A DNA stretch of 64,000 nucleotides from positions 1 to 64,000 of the forward strand of contig JAEOSU010000027.1 of NCBI GenBank assembly GCA_016840165.1, written 5' to 3'. The stretch is from Promethearchaeota archaeon. Its GTDB lineage: Archaea; Asgardarchaeota; Lokiarchaeia; Sigyniarchaeales; SOKP01. Made by a program: the position numbers and the translations under genes. The notes under the pieces are model-generated. The model ran no database searches. It was not told where the DNA came from and was given only the letters and a program-made list of their open reading frames with translations. Positions within the stretch are counted from its first letter, which is position 1, and every line of letters begins with the position of its first letter. Positions 38,780 through 48,427 of the stretch are shown one piece after another.

Positions 38780-39520
38780 ATGTTGACCAAGGAAGAACGA
38801 GAAAGATATAACAGACAAATTATCTCTCCTTCAATAGGAGAAGAGGGCCAAGAAAAATTAGGAAAAATAAGAGTACTACAAATTGGGGCAGGAGGTTTAG
38901 GTTCTCCTTTCGCTTTGTATATAGTTGCTGCAGGAATTAAAGAATTAACGATTATTGATAACGATGTTATCTCTCTTTCGAATTTACAACGTCAAATTCT
39001 TTATAATGAAAGCCAAATAGGCATGGCTAAAGTTGTTGCGGCTAAGAAACTGCTGGAAAGTAGAAATTCTAATGTAAAGATTAATATTCATCAAGATTAC
39101 ATCAATGAGGCCTCCATTGAAAAATATGCGAGCGAAAAGAACTATGATTTTATCGTTGATTGTAGTGATAATTTCAAAACTAAATTTTTAGTTAATCGAA
39201 CCGCAATTAAATATAATATGAAATGTGTCATAGCAGGGATTAAAGATTTCTTTGGTCAAATAATGACCATAGACCCAAAAGTCTCTGCCTGCTATCAATG
39301 TGTTTTTAATGAACCTTTGGAATCTCAGAATAGCTTAAAACCATTACCTGTGATTGGAGTCACTCCAGGAGTTTTAGGAACATTAGAAGCATTAGAGGTT
39401 ATTAAGACGACTTTAGGTTTACCAAATCTCGAGAATAAGCTATTAATGGTCAATTTACTTAACTTAATGTTTGACGTAATAGATTTAGTAAAAAATGAGA
39501 AGTGTATTTGCTCAAAATAA
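38780..39520 (+). CDS. ThiF/MoeB/UbaA (E1-like) adenylyltransferase
   Basis: RY.RQI, GAGGLG, D.D.ISLSNLQRQ, DCSDNF and CYQC. Confidence 0.92.
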   Translation: MLTKEERERYNRQIISPSIGEEGQEKLGKIRVLQIGAGGLGSPFALYIVAAGIKELTIIDNDVISLSNLQRQILYNESQIGMAKVVAAKKLLESRNSNVKINIHQDYINEASIEKYASEKNYDFIVDCSDNFKTKFLVNRTAIKYNMKCVIAGIKDFFGQIMTIDPKVSACYQCVFNEPLESQNSLKPLPVIGVTPGVLGTLEALEVIKTTLGLPNLENKLLMVNLLNLMFDVIDLVKNEKCICSK

Positions 39521-39559
39521 AAAAGAAAAAAATAGAAAAAAATGAAATTTATTTGAATT

Positions 39560-40087
39560 TTAAATCCATTTATTTGCTAATAAAAGCGAAATGCTTCCAT
39601 AGAAAAAACCATTTACAACTCCAGCAATAAAAACTGAAATGATTGTTCCTACCTCTCCAAATGAATTAACCATATCAAACCAAACCACACCAAGATTAGC
39701 AGAGTAGATTTGTCCTATTCCAAATAAGATAGCATATACCCCAGAAGCAAGTAGTGCTGTTGTAAACCATGCACCAAATCCCGTTTGATTATTATCTCCC
39801 AATCTAGCCCCAACGATAATTGCAACTAAAGGGGGAATAATAAGTCCAAGGAAAATTATAAGTATAGATACTATTTCTAATGGAGCAGCATTGATTAATC
39901 CAACAATCCCATTATCTGTCCAAGCAACACCAGGTATTATAGCAATAGGAGAGAAAAATCCTGCAATAATATAGAAAACATCTGTTGCGGGATAACCAGC
40001 TACAAGAAATATAGCAAGTAATACAAATAATGCATTTAATCCAATATATATTACAAGTGTTATAAGAAACGTTTTTAAGAAATTCAT
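39560..40087 (-). CDS. Hypothetical membrane protein
   Basis: 175 aa with 4-5 hydrophobic helices. Confidence 0.7.
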   Translation of the reverse strand: MNFLKTFLITLVIYIGLNALFVLLAIFLVAGYPATDVFYIIAGFFSPIAIIPGVAWTDNGIVGLINAAPLEIVSILIIFLGLIIPPLVAIIVGARLGDNNQTGFGAWFTTALLASGVYAILFGIGQIYSANLGVVWFDMVNSFGEVGTIISVFIAGVVNGFFYGSISLLLANKWI

Positions 40088-40288
40088 TTATTTCAAATCC
40101 ATATTTTTGTGTTTAAGATTTCTATATGTTATACTAAGTTCTTTCAAATATATAAATTTTTTAGAGATTTGTAATTTTTATCAATTTGATCCCCTCATAT
40201 AACAACTTATTTTTAAAATCGGACAAATTAAGAGCATCATATCAATAATTTTATACTAAAAATTTATCAAACCTTTACGAAATATTAC

Positions 40289-40834
40289 TTATAATTTAAA
40301 TTGAGGATTTTTTTCAAAAGCTTCCTTAAATATAGCACCATTTTCAACATACTCACCAGAAGTCATCTCTCCTATAAGTTTACCTTGTGTTTCTAATTCT
40401 TTTTTGATTTTAGCAGGAATCCCAACTGCTAAAGTTCGAGGGGGTATAACTTTATTGACCAATACAGCTCCAGCGCCAATCATTGCACCCTCACCTAATT
40501 TCGTATTATGTAATACTTTCGCACCTATTCCAACTAAACAACCGTTATTTATTGTAGTTGGTCCATGAATCATAGCATGATGTCCGATGATACAATTATC
40601 ACCAATAATAACGGACTTACCCTTCTCAATATGAATAGCAACATGTTCTTGAATACTCGTATTTTCTCCTATACGAATTGTACCCCAATCTCCTCTCAAG
40701 ACTGCGCCAAACCAAATGTTAGAACCTTTTCCTATGGTTACGTCTCCAATAATCACCGCTGTGGGAGCTATAAAAACTGAATCATGAATTTGGGGTTTTA
40801 TTCCGGTTACTGGACTTGGGATTATTATTACCAT
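40289..40834 (-). CDS. Gamma-carbonic anhydrase-like hexapeptide repeat protein
   Basis: IGDV.IG...IWFGAVLRGD, with His ligands in IH and IGH.AMIHG. Confidence 0.9.
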   Translation of the reverse strand: MVIIIPSPVTGIKPQIHDSVFIAPTAVIIGDVTIGKGSNIWFGAVLRGDWGTIRIGENTSIQEHVAIHIEKGKSVIIGDNCIIGHHAMIHGPTTINNGCLVGIGAKVLHNTKLGEGAMIGAGAVLVNKVIPPRTLAVGIPAKIKKELETQGKLIGEMTSGEYVENGAIFKEAFEKNPQFKL

Positions 40835-41031
40835 TTATTACCACTTTCAAACTTAAGATTTTAAAATAAGAAATTAATAAATCTTTATTAGAATTTTTAT
40901 TATGTTTTAATAGTATTTAATTAAAGCAAAAGAGGGGTTATTCACTCCAAAATTCTTGATTAAATTCCTTTAAATCATAGGGCGACCATGCTTTGGGTGG
41001 CTCAGCATTTTTAACAAATTTATGAGTAAAA

Positions 41032-41604
41032 CTATAATAAATAATCATCAAGTTCTTCAAAACCAAGACTCTTGATAAATAGATAAGCCTTTTTGTTGTC
41101 TCTAGAGACTCTACATCTTAATTCGTCTATTCCTTTATTCTTAAAGTAATTCCATATTTCTAGCCCCAGAATGGTGCCAAAACCTCTGCGTTGAAGTTCA
41201 GGAAGGACACCTAAAGCAGAGATCACACCTATTTTATTTTCTTCTCCAGTGTAATGAACAATCGCGAATCCAACATATTTATCATCCAGATTTGCGAGCA
41301 AAAATATAATATTAGGATCCTTAATTAATTTTGTTAATAATTCATTAGAAAAAGGTTTATAGGGCATTTTTGTTGATGACCAGATATTTTTATGTAATTT
41401 GATAAAGATATTAGCATCTAATATAGTAGCTTCACGAATTTGTATTTTTTTTATTGGCCTTTCAATTTTTCTTTTTAACTTCTTTTCAAATTCAGTCGAA
41501 ATTTTTTTAATAGGAAGACTCATATGAATATAATTCTCATCCTCTTTCAAAAGATCTAATGTGTCTCCTAATGAATGTAAAATAATTGATCTAAACCATT
41601 CCAT
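41032..41604 (-). CDS. GNAT acetyltransferase
   Basis: GVLPELQRRGFG (motif A) and N.KA..F..SLGF. Confidence 0.85.
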   Translation of the reverse strand: MEWFRSIILHSLGDTLDLLKEDENYIHMSLPIKKISTEFEKKLKRKIERPIKKIQIREATILDANIFIKLHKNIWSSTKMPYKPFSNELLTKLIKDPNIIFLLANLDDKYVGFAIVHYTGEENKIGVISALGVLPELQRRGFGTILGLEIWNYFKNKGIDELRCRVSRDNKKAYLFIKSLGFEELDDYLL

Positions 41605-41763
41605 ACTAAAATCTCAAATTTAATTTTTATTTAGAAATTTCAAATTTCCCTACAAACCATTTAGATAATTGCGAAAAATCTTTAATATAATTAAAGAATT
41701 GTTAAATAATTTAATTATTCAGCATTCCTTTTAATTAATAGAAATAATTAGAGTGCATCTCAT

Positions 41764-42708
41764 ATGTCAGTAAAGCAACTCCAAGAAGAGATTTTAAAGT
41801 TGAAGAAAAAAAATGATGTTACTATCCTTGCTCATTATTATCAATCAATTGGTATACAAGACATTGCAGATTACTTAGGAGATTCTCTTGGTTTGTCAAG
41901 AATCGTTAATGAAAAAGTAACTTCCGAATATGTAATTTTTGCTGGTGTGCTTTTTATGGCAGAAACCGCTTCAATCTTAAATCAAGAGAAGCATATTTTA
42001 ATGCCTAATAAGAATGCTGGATGTTCATTAGCAGACTATTTAACTCCAGATCTAATTTATAAGTTTAGAAAGATGCACCCTGAACTTCCTGTAGTGACCT
42101 ATGTCAATAGTACTGCTGCTGTCAAAGCTGTTTCTGACATTTCATGTACCTCTTCAAACGCCGTAAATATCGTCCAAAAGATCAGTCACGAATTCAATGT
42201 TAATAAAGTTTTATTCGGTCCAGATTCAAATTTAGCCGATTTTGTAGAGCAAAAATCAAATATTAAAACTATTAAAATGCCCGAAAACGGTCATTGTGCT
42301 GTACATTCACAAATTACTCCTAAAGATGTATTTGAATCCCGGAAAAAATATTCTGATGCTTTGGTATTAGTTCATCCTGAATGCATTAGAAAAGTAAGAG
42401 ATCTAGCTGATTTTGCTGGATCAACAGCACAGATGTATAATAGAGTTAAAAATAGTCGATCAGATGAAAAAAAATTTATCATTGGTACTGAATGTGGAAT
42501 GCTAGAGCGTATGGCAAAAGATTTTCCCGAGAAAGAATTTTACTTGTTGAAAGATGAGATTACGTGTTTTGATATGAAAAAAAATAATTTATCTCAAATT
42601 AAATATCTCCTAAATAATTTAGATGATAAAGATTTTGAGGTGCGAGTTCCTCCCAAAATTGCCGAGCAAGCCTTAAAACCCATTAATAAGATGTTAGAAT
42701 TTTCTTAA
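41764..42708 (+). CDS. nadA: Quinolinate synthase
   Basis: LAHYYQ, GDSL, FMAETA, AGCSLA, YVNS, HPEC and C..MK. Confidence 0.95.
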   Translation: MSVKQLQEEILKLKKKNDVTILAHYYQSIGIQDIADYLGDSLGLSRIVNEKVTSEYVIFAGVLFMAETASILNQEKHILMPNKNAGCSLADYLTPDLIYKFRKMHPELPVVTYVNSTAAVKAVSDISCTSSNAVNIVQKISHEFNVNKVLFGPDSNLADFVEQKSNIKTIKMPENGHCAVHSQITPKDVFESRKKYSDALVLVHPECIRKVRDLADFAGSTAQMYNRVKNSRSDEKKFIIGTECGMLERMAKDFPEKEFYLLKDEITCFDMKKNNLSQIKYLLNNLDDKDFEVRVPPKIAEQALKPINKMLEFS

Positions 42709-42719
42709 AACTACCATCT

Positions 42720-44213
42720 TCATTTTGATTTAAGAAGAAACTGGGTAATTTTCAATTGTTTTCTGTCATCGAGATATTTTAAGAATGCTCTAGTCGGTTT
42801 TCCGGTTGGAATTGCACTAGATTTAGTTTTCGTTTCGTATCTCTGAATATCACGATGAGAAAATTGATGTTCATTCATTTGATCGTTGAACTTGAATAGC
42901 CATTTAACAAAATTTTTATATAACCTTCCGTTAATTCCAGCTTTTGATTTATGGTATTTCTCATAATATTCAACGTCTTTATCAGAGTATTCGGTATAAT
43001 AACGATAATTCTGGCCCATCCAAAAAATATGAGAAACAGAATCTGGAAAATCACTAATTCTACAGTTTGTTAATTTTACTTTCTTTAAGGACTCCATATC
43101 TGCTAAAAATTCGGGAATCTCGTGTATATCCATATTTTCCGAAAGATCGAGAGTTTCTAAATGCTTTAATCCTTTAATACCTTCAATTTTTTTAATATAA
43201 TTATTCTTTAAATTTAATTCTTTTAAATTTATTAAATTTTCAAGACCGCTTATCATTGATATTCTATTATTACTCAAATCTAATTTCTCTATAGACTTGG
43301 AAATATTATTTATTCCTTGAATATCTAGAATGTTATCTATCATTTTATTCGACAAATTAAGTGTTTTGTCAATTAAAAGTCCAATTAGATTATCATGATA
43401 CTTAACAAGATTAAAATCTAAATCCTCATAATTTATTTGGGCTTTATTTAAAAATTTTAAAAGAGGAAACCCCCGGTGATTTTTATATTTATTATAAATA
43501 AATTCCACATAAGTTCGCAGAAACTCAATAGGTATTTTTTCCATAGCCTTAATAAGGATTAAATATTTGTAGGAAAAACGAAAGTTGCCCAAAAATTTGG
43601 ATGTAGATTTTTTAGCGTTGTTAACTGCATCTTGATTATGAAAATCCTCCAGATATGCAATTATTTTACGTGAATATTCATCAATTGAGGGAAAATCAAT
43701 ATCCACTAAAACACTTTCAAATTCTTCTTCATTAAGATAGTATAAGTATCCATTTTGAGTTAAAAAGCGAACAACACTCGGATGGCCAGTAGCATAACGA
43801 ATTGCGATCTCTTCTTTGAATCTACTATTAGCTAATGGATCTCCTGAATCTGATAGCGCCTTCAGTAATGGAAATGCTAAGTTGCGATGTAATATTCGAG
43901 TATCGTAGTTATTATCCACCCAAGCTTGAATATTTGAACAATGTCCCCAAAACTCGGTTTCAGGGGGGATTAAATTATGATTACGCTCCATCTTACGATC
44001 TAACTTTGACGCAGCTTCATCTATTGATCTAATCTCGTCATATTCCTTTATCTTGTCTACAGGAATGTTTAGTAAAAGATACATACATTGTCGAAAAGGT
44101 CGATTATTGACGTATATGACTGTCCTTCGATTCTCTAATCTTAAGCTTAAGTATTTATTTATTTTAAACTCATTATTAATTGGCCTTTTATCTATAGATG
44201 GATTGACAAACAT
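42720..44213 (-). CDS. Leucine-rich repeat protein with Lokiarchaeal N-terminal domain and C-terminal PIP-box-like motif
   Basis: LxxLxLxxN repeats (LDLSNNRI, LNLKNNYI, LDLSEN). N-terminal EFWGHCSNIQAW. C-terminal QLKITQFL. Confidence 0.85.
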   Translation of the reverse strand: MFVNPSIDKRPINNEFKINKYLSLRLENRRTVIYVNNRPFRQCMYLLLNIPVDKIKEYDEIRSIDEAASKLDRKMERNHNLIPPETEFWGHCSNIQAWVDNNYDTRILHRNLAFPLLKALSDSGDPLANSRFKEEIAIRYATGHPSVVRFLTQNGYLYYLNEEEFESVLVDIDFPSIDEYSRKIIAYLEDFHNQDAVNNAKKSTSKFLGNFRFSYKYLILIKAMEKIPIEFLRTYVEFIYNKYKNHRGFPLLKFLNKAQINYEDLDFNLVKYHDNLIGLLIDKTLNLSNKMIDNILDIQGINNISKSIEKLDLSNNRISMISGLENLINLKELNLKNNYIKKIEGIKGLKHLETLDLSENMDIHEIPEFLADMESLKKVKLTNCRISDFPDSVSHIFWMGQNYRYYTEYSDKDVEYYEKYHKSKAGINGRLYKNFVKWLFKFNDQMNEHQFSHRDIQRYETKTKSSAIPTGKPTRAFLKYLDDRKQLKITQFLLKSK

Positions 44214-44358
44214 GACTAAATAGATGATGTACAGAGATGAAAGGAAGGATTTTTGTTATTTCAAAAATAATAAATTAAACTATATAAAACCAAGGGCTAT
44301 ACAAATTTTTAAAAAAAATAAAAAAAAATATCAAAAAAAGCTGTTAAGAGATTCCTAT

Positions 44359-44613
44359 TTAGGCTCCACCAGCTTGGGTTGCCATTACGGTTATTACATC
44401 TTTTTTAGGATGGATACCGACCTTAGCGAACTTTAGATTGTCGGGTAATACTTTTCCTTTGAAAATAAATTGGATCGCTAAAATTGGATTAAGTTTATAC
44501 TCTCTTTGAACAGTTTTCTTAATTTCTGCTATAGATTGATTAGGATCTACCTCAATAAGCTTAATTGCTTGATCGGGTGGAACACCAGTAAGTCTAAATC
44601 GATATTGGGTAAT
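44359..44613 (-). CDS. Ubiquitin-like protein (84 aa, C-terminal GG-A), ATT start; not in ORF track
   Basis: Hand translation: ITQYRFRLTGVPPDQAIKLIEVDPNQSIAEIKKTVQREYKLNPILAIQFIFKGKVLPDNLKFAKVGIHPKKDVITVMATQAGGA*. Beta-grasp pattern, IFKGKVLPD motif, di-glycine. SD-like AAGGTGA 6 nt upstream. Confidence 0.85.
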   Translation of the reverse strand: MTQYRFRLTGVPPDQAIKLIEVDPNQSIAEIKKTVQREYKLNPILAIQFIFKGKVLPDNLKFAKVGIHPKKDVITVMATQAGGA

Positions 44614-44768
44614 CTTTTTTCACCTTGAGTTTTTTTATAATTTGATAATTTTATCTTAATTTAATAATTAGTCTTGTAATTAAGATATAAGGTAAACGGT
44701 CTAACAGAGTATACTTTAGTATGAGTATTATGCTCATATATAAAGAAAAATTGAGATTCTCACTAATT

Positions 44769-44954
44769 TTAAAATCGAAACGGTTCTGGGGGCGGAGTAG
44801 GTGGACCAGGTGGATAAGGTCCGGGAGATGGACCTGGTCTCGATGGACCACGTCCTATTCGGTTTTCGATTTGTGAAATTCTTGCTTCTATTTTGCCTAG
44901 TCTCTCTTCTATTCTTTTTATTCTTTCAATTATATTTGGAGTGTCTATTCCCAT
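44769..44954 (-). CDS. Small coiled-coil protein with proline-rich C-terminus
   Basis: IERIKRIEERLGKIEARISQIENRI heptads followed by GPSRPGPSPGPYPPGPPTPPPEPFRF. GC-rich codons stand out from the AT-rich flanks. Confidence 0.65.
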   Translation of the reverse strand: MGIDTPNIIERIKRIEERLGKIEARISQIENRIGRGPSRPGPSPGPYPPGPPTPPPEPFRF

Positions 44955-45173
44955 TATTTAAATTCACATTCTTTTTACATTTTTATATTTTGATTATATT
45001 GATTAATTAAAATCTTCAAGATCAATTTATATCTAAGAAATCCCGACTTTAATCATTACTTAAAGATTAAGGTACTATACCAAATCTATAGTAAAATGTG
45101 TCATTATTAAAAATAAGTCTAAGTATAGGAAAAAAGTACAACTTTATATATTAGAAAATGATATTAATTTTGT

Positions 45174-46265
45174 ATGGAAAGCTGGAATATTTCGAAAAAA
45201 TTGAAAAATGACATGTTAAAGAAATCTGCTAACATTGAAGATAATAGCCGACGAATATTATTTATCTTAAGAAATTTAGGGCCGCAGAGGTTTACCAATT
45301 TAGTAAAATATTCAAATTTAAGCCGATCCACGGTTTCTAAATATCTTAAGCTTCATAGTAAGAATAATAACGTCGAACAGAAATTAATTACTGATAAAGA
45401 TACCAATAATCAGTATCAAGGTTATGTCATTACCGAAAAAGGAATAGAGAAATTGGGCGAGGGTCCATTAAGACTAAAAGATGAGCTTTTAATTATCAAT
45501 GAATTAAAGGAAAATGTACGTAGACTTGAGGAACTAATAGCCTTTTTCAAAAAAATTAATTTGGAAGACCCTTTTATCATCCATATCATAAGAATAGTAT
45601 CGAAAATAGGAGATAATTTTTTTGAACTACAGCAAGATAGAGATTTGTTTTTATCATTGTTTTACATCTTTTATAATTCAATTCTCGGTCAGGGTGCATT
45701 AGCAAATAGATATTGGCGTTTTTATAAAGATGGAAGTCAAAAATTTAAAGGATATAAATTAAATATTGACCAGTTCTGTAAACTTTTTGAAGTGAGAAAG
45801 GAAGCAATAAATTATTTAGCTCGATTAAAATTAATTCAAAGCGATTTTGGATTTTATTTAATTAAACGTGAGAATAGTGACTTCTATTTTCATGAAGAGG
45901 ATCTACTCGGCACTACAACTTTAAGACTTATTAGGGATAGGTTGTTTGATGAGATAATAAATTTACAGGAAGGTATATCAGAAGCAATATTTAACTTAGA
46001 CATCATGTCTGAAGAAATAGCGGAACAATTAAGTGAAATGGGTCTAATCTGGGGAGCAATTAAACACCAATTTCAGTTATTATTAGTAAATCTAATAGTA
46101 AAAATAGCGATTGATATGGGTTTTTTAGATATAGAACGAGAAAAACTAATGAATGCAGTTGCTCAATCGAAAATGCTCACTCTCTCTAATGAAGGTAAAA
46201 TGCTGCAGGAATCAATAGAAGAGGGGAAAATTTTACTTTCAAATTTAAATATTCTTACAACGTAA
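45174..46265 (+). CDS. Winged-helix (ArsR/MarR-like) DNA-binding protein
   Basis: RILFIL...RFTNL....LSRSTVSKYL...YVITEKG. Confidence 0.75.
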   Translation: MESWNISKKLKNDMLKKSANIEDNSRRILFILRNLGPQRFTNLVKYSNLSRSTVSKYLKLHSKNNNVEQKLITDKDTNNQYQGYVITEKGIEKLGEGPLRLKDELLIINELKENVRRLEELIAFFKKINLEDPFIIHIIRIVSKIGDNFFELQQDRDLFLSLFYIFYNSILGQGALANRYWRFYKDGSQKFKGYKLNIDQFCKLFEVRKEAINYLARLKLIQSDFGFYLIKRENSDFYFHEEDLLGTTTLRLIRDRLFDEIINLQEGISEAIFNLDIMSEEIAEQLSEMGLIWGAIKHQFQLLLVNLIVKIAIDMGFLDIEREKLMNAVAQSKMLTLSNEGKMLQESIEEGKILLSNLNILTT

Positions 46266-46296
46266 TAATTTTAAATTTTTAAAGATAAGATGTCTT

Positions 46297-47514
46297 ATGC
46301 TCAAAAGTATCGTTGCGATTCAAAAGATTAATAACGATGATGCAAAGAGTGCAGTGTTTAAAGCTCTCAATATGATTAATGCTGAAAAGCTCATGAATAA
46401 GGACAATATGTTGGTAGTTTTAAAACCAAACCTTTTAATTGGAAAACCTCCTGAAAGAGCGGTATGTACCCACCCTGAGATTGTTCGTTCCGTTATTCAA
46501 TGGGTTAAGCAATTTAACCCATCAAAAATTATAGTATGTGATTCAGCAGGAGGTCAAAAACCAGGAGTGACCGAAGCTGCAATGAGAGACAGCGGAATTG
46601 ATAAAGTCTGTGAGGAAGAGGGCGTAGAATGTATCCCTTTCGAAAAAACGGAAAGAATTATTTATAAGGTTGAGAATCCCCTTGAACTTCAGGAATTTTC
46701 AAGTTCTCATCTACTAAAAGATGCAGATCTCATAATTAATCTTCCTAAAATTAAAACTCATGGCCAATGTAAGCTTACTTGTTGTATTAAAAATATGTTC
46801 GGAACCGTATTACTCGCAAATAAACCTAAAACTCATGCTCAAGCGGCGACATTAGATCGATTCACTTCAGCACTAGTCGACATTTATTCCGTTTCGAAAC
46901 CACAATTAACAATAATAGATGGATTTTATGCGATGGAGGGACAAGGGCCCTCGAGTGGCGATCCTGTAAAATTAGACTTAATTTTAGCAGGTTATGATGG
47001 CGTAGCATTAGATAGAACAGTATGTGAAATAATTGGGTTTAATCCTAATGAAATTCTCTATTTAGCAAAAGCCGAACAAAAAAATCTTGGAACAACTATT
47101 CTATCTCAAATAAAGTTTATAGGCGAATCCATTGAGAATGTTAAAAGAAAGTTTAAACCTCCAAAGATTAGGCCCGTTTCGATGCCATTACCAAAATGGC
47201 TAGCGGATTACGTCGGACGGACAATTTTTAAAGCAAGAGTAAAATTTAATCGTGATAAATGTAGATTATGTTCTACATGCTGGACTAACTGTCCAGTAGG
47301 TGCTATCACACCTCCGGAGCTAATTAAGAAGGGAAATATCCCTGAATGGAATAAAAGTAAATGCATAACCTGCTTTTGTTGTGTTGAGCTGTGTCCTTAT
47401 GAAGCTGTTAAGTTTAGTATAAATTATATAAAAAATGCTTTATTCTCGTGGATGGGCTTAGGTTTAGTTGGATTTGTAGTTTTATTATCATTAATTATTT
47501 TATGGATAATTTAA
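46297..47514 (+). CDS. DUF362 protein with 2x[4Fe-4S] ferredoxin domain and C-terminal TM helix
   Basis: LKPNL, THP, NLPKIKTH, KNMFG, MEGQGP and two CxxCxxCxxxCP motifs. Confidence 0.9.
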   Translation: MLKSIVAIQKINNDDAKSAVFKALNMINAEKLMNKDNMLVVLKPNLLIGKPPERAVCTHPEIVRSVIQWVKQFNPSKIIVCDSAGGQKPGVTEAAMRDSGIDKVCEEEGVECIPFEKTERIIYKVENPLELQEFSSSHLLKDADLIINLPKIKTHGQCKLTCCIKNMFGTVLLANKPKTHAQAATLDRFTSALVDIYSVSKPQLTIIDGFYAMEGQGPSSGDPVKLDLILAGYDGVALDRTVCEIIGFNPNEILYLAKAEQKNLGTTILSQIKFIGESIENVKRKFKPPKIRPVSMPLPKWLADYVGRTIFKARVKFNRDKCRLCSTCWTNCPVGAITPPELIKKGNIPEWNKSKCITCFCCVELCPYEAVKFSINYIKNALFSWMGLGLVGFVVLLSLIILWII

Positions 47515-47532
47515 TTATAGAGGTGAAATAGT

Positions 47533-47718
47533 GTGGCCTGGGGTGGATCTTTAAATAAAGATGGGTCTGATTATATTCGGAAATTAAAGGAAATAGAAAA
47601 GATCCTTAATTTTTTAGATGATTTTAAAAAATCACTAAAAGATGAGGAGAAAAAGAAAGTTGCTGAAGTAATAGATATCATTACAGATCATTTTAAAACT
47701 CTTTTCCAGGATAAATGA
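47533..47718 (+). CDS. Small hypothetical protein
   Basis: 61 aa, helical. AGGTGA SD 6 nt before the GTG start. Confidence 0.6.
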   Translation: MAWGGSLNKDGSDYIRKLKEIEKILNFLDDFKKSLKDEEKKKVAEVIDIITDHFKTLFQDK

Positions 47719-47721
47719 AAT

Positions 47722-48294
47722 TTATTTTAGCGATTCTAATACCTTTTTTATAATTTGGATAACAATATCAGCGGATCTTTGCATCGGTTCTGTTAAATGA
47801 ATTTCAAAAAAAGGGAGATCAATATTATTACTTAAATCTTCTAAATTTAATTCATCTTTTTTATATTGACGAAGCTCTGTAAATCCTTCAAGACTTTCGG
47901 GTACAAAACCTATCATAAAAACTTGCAGAGTCTGTATCTTATTGGTTAACAAATCAATAACGATATGAACTGGAATAGTATGTGAAGAAATAGGAATGTA
48001 ATTGCACATATTATCTCGTTCAAGGATACTTATTGTACCTGGTTCTTGCTTTAAAGTACAAGTATCGAAAAGAACCAAATGGGAAGGATGAAAGTTTAAA
48101 ATATCATCTATTCTTGCCATAGGATCAATTCCAGCGTTTATAAAGAGAAATTTATGATTTGATAGATGAAGTAATTTACTGATGATATAGGGGCCGACGC
48201 CATCATCAGTTAATTTCTCTTCTCCAATCCCCATAAAGACAATTTTCAAAGCATCTTTAAGTTTTGAATAAATTTTGTTAAATAACTCTTCCAT
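47722..48294 (-). CDS. Hydrogenase maturation protease (HycI-like)
   Basis: GIG....DDGVG, LFD, PG and SSH.IP. Confidence 0.82.
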   Translation of the reverse strand: MEELFNKIYSKLKDALKIVFMGIGEEKLTDDGVGPYIISKLLHLSNHKFLFINAGIDPMARIDDILNFHPSHLVLFDTCTLKQEPGTISILERDNMCNYIPISSHTIPVHIVIDLLTNKIQTLQVFMIGFVPESLEGFTELRQYKKDELNLEDLSNNIDLPFFEIHLTEPMQRSADIVIQIIKKVLESLK

Positions 48295-48427
48295 TCCTTT
48301 TTAAGAAATTTAGCATCCCAAATTAATTTTGAGTTATTTCATATATAGTTAATCATATCCCAAATTAAGATCTCATTTATTAGAACACCAAGGAAAATCT
48401 TTTATTTTACTAAGGGTTGATTTTATT

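Noticed and set aside
44224-44436. 70-aa plus-strand ORF in the track
   Set aside because: Low-complexity A-rich sequence overlapping the much more convincing Ubl gene on the opposite strand.
44651-45010. ORFs 44651-44851 (-) and 44801-45010 (+)
   Set aside because: Alternative-frame or antisense overlaps of the coiled-coil/polyproline ORF with no recognisable features.
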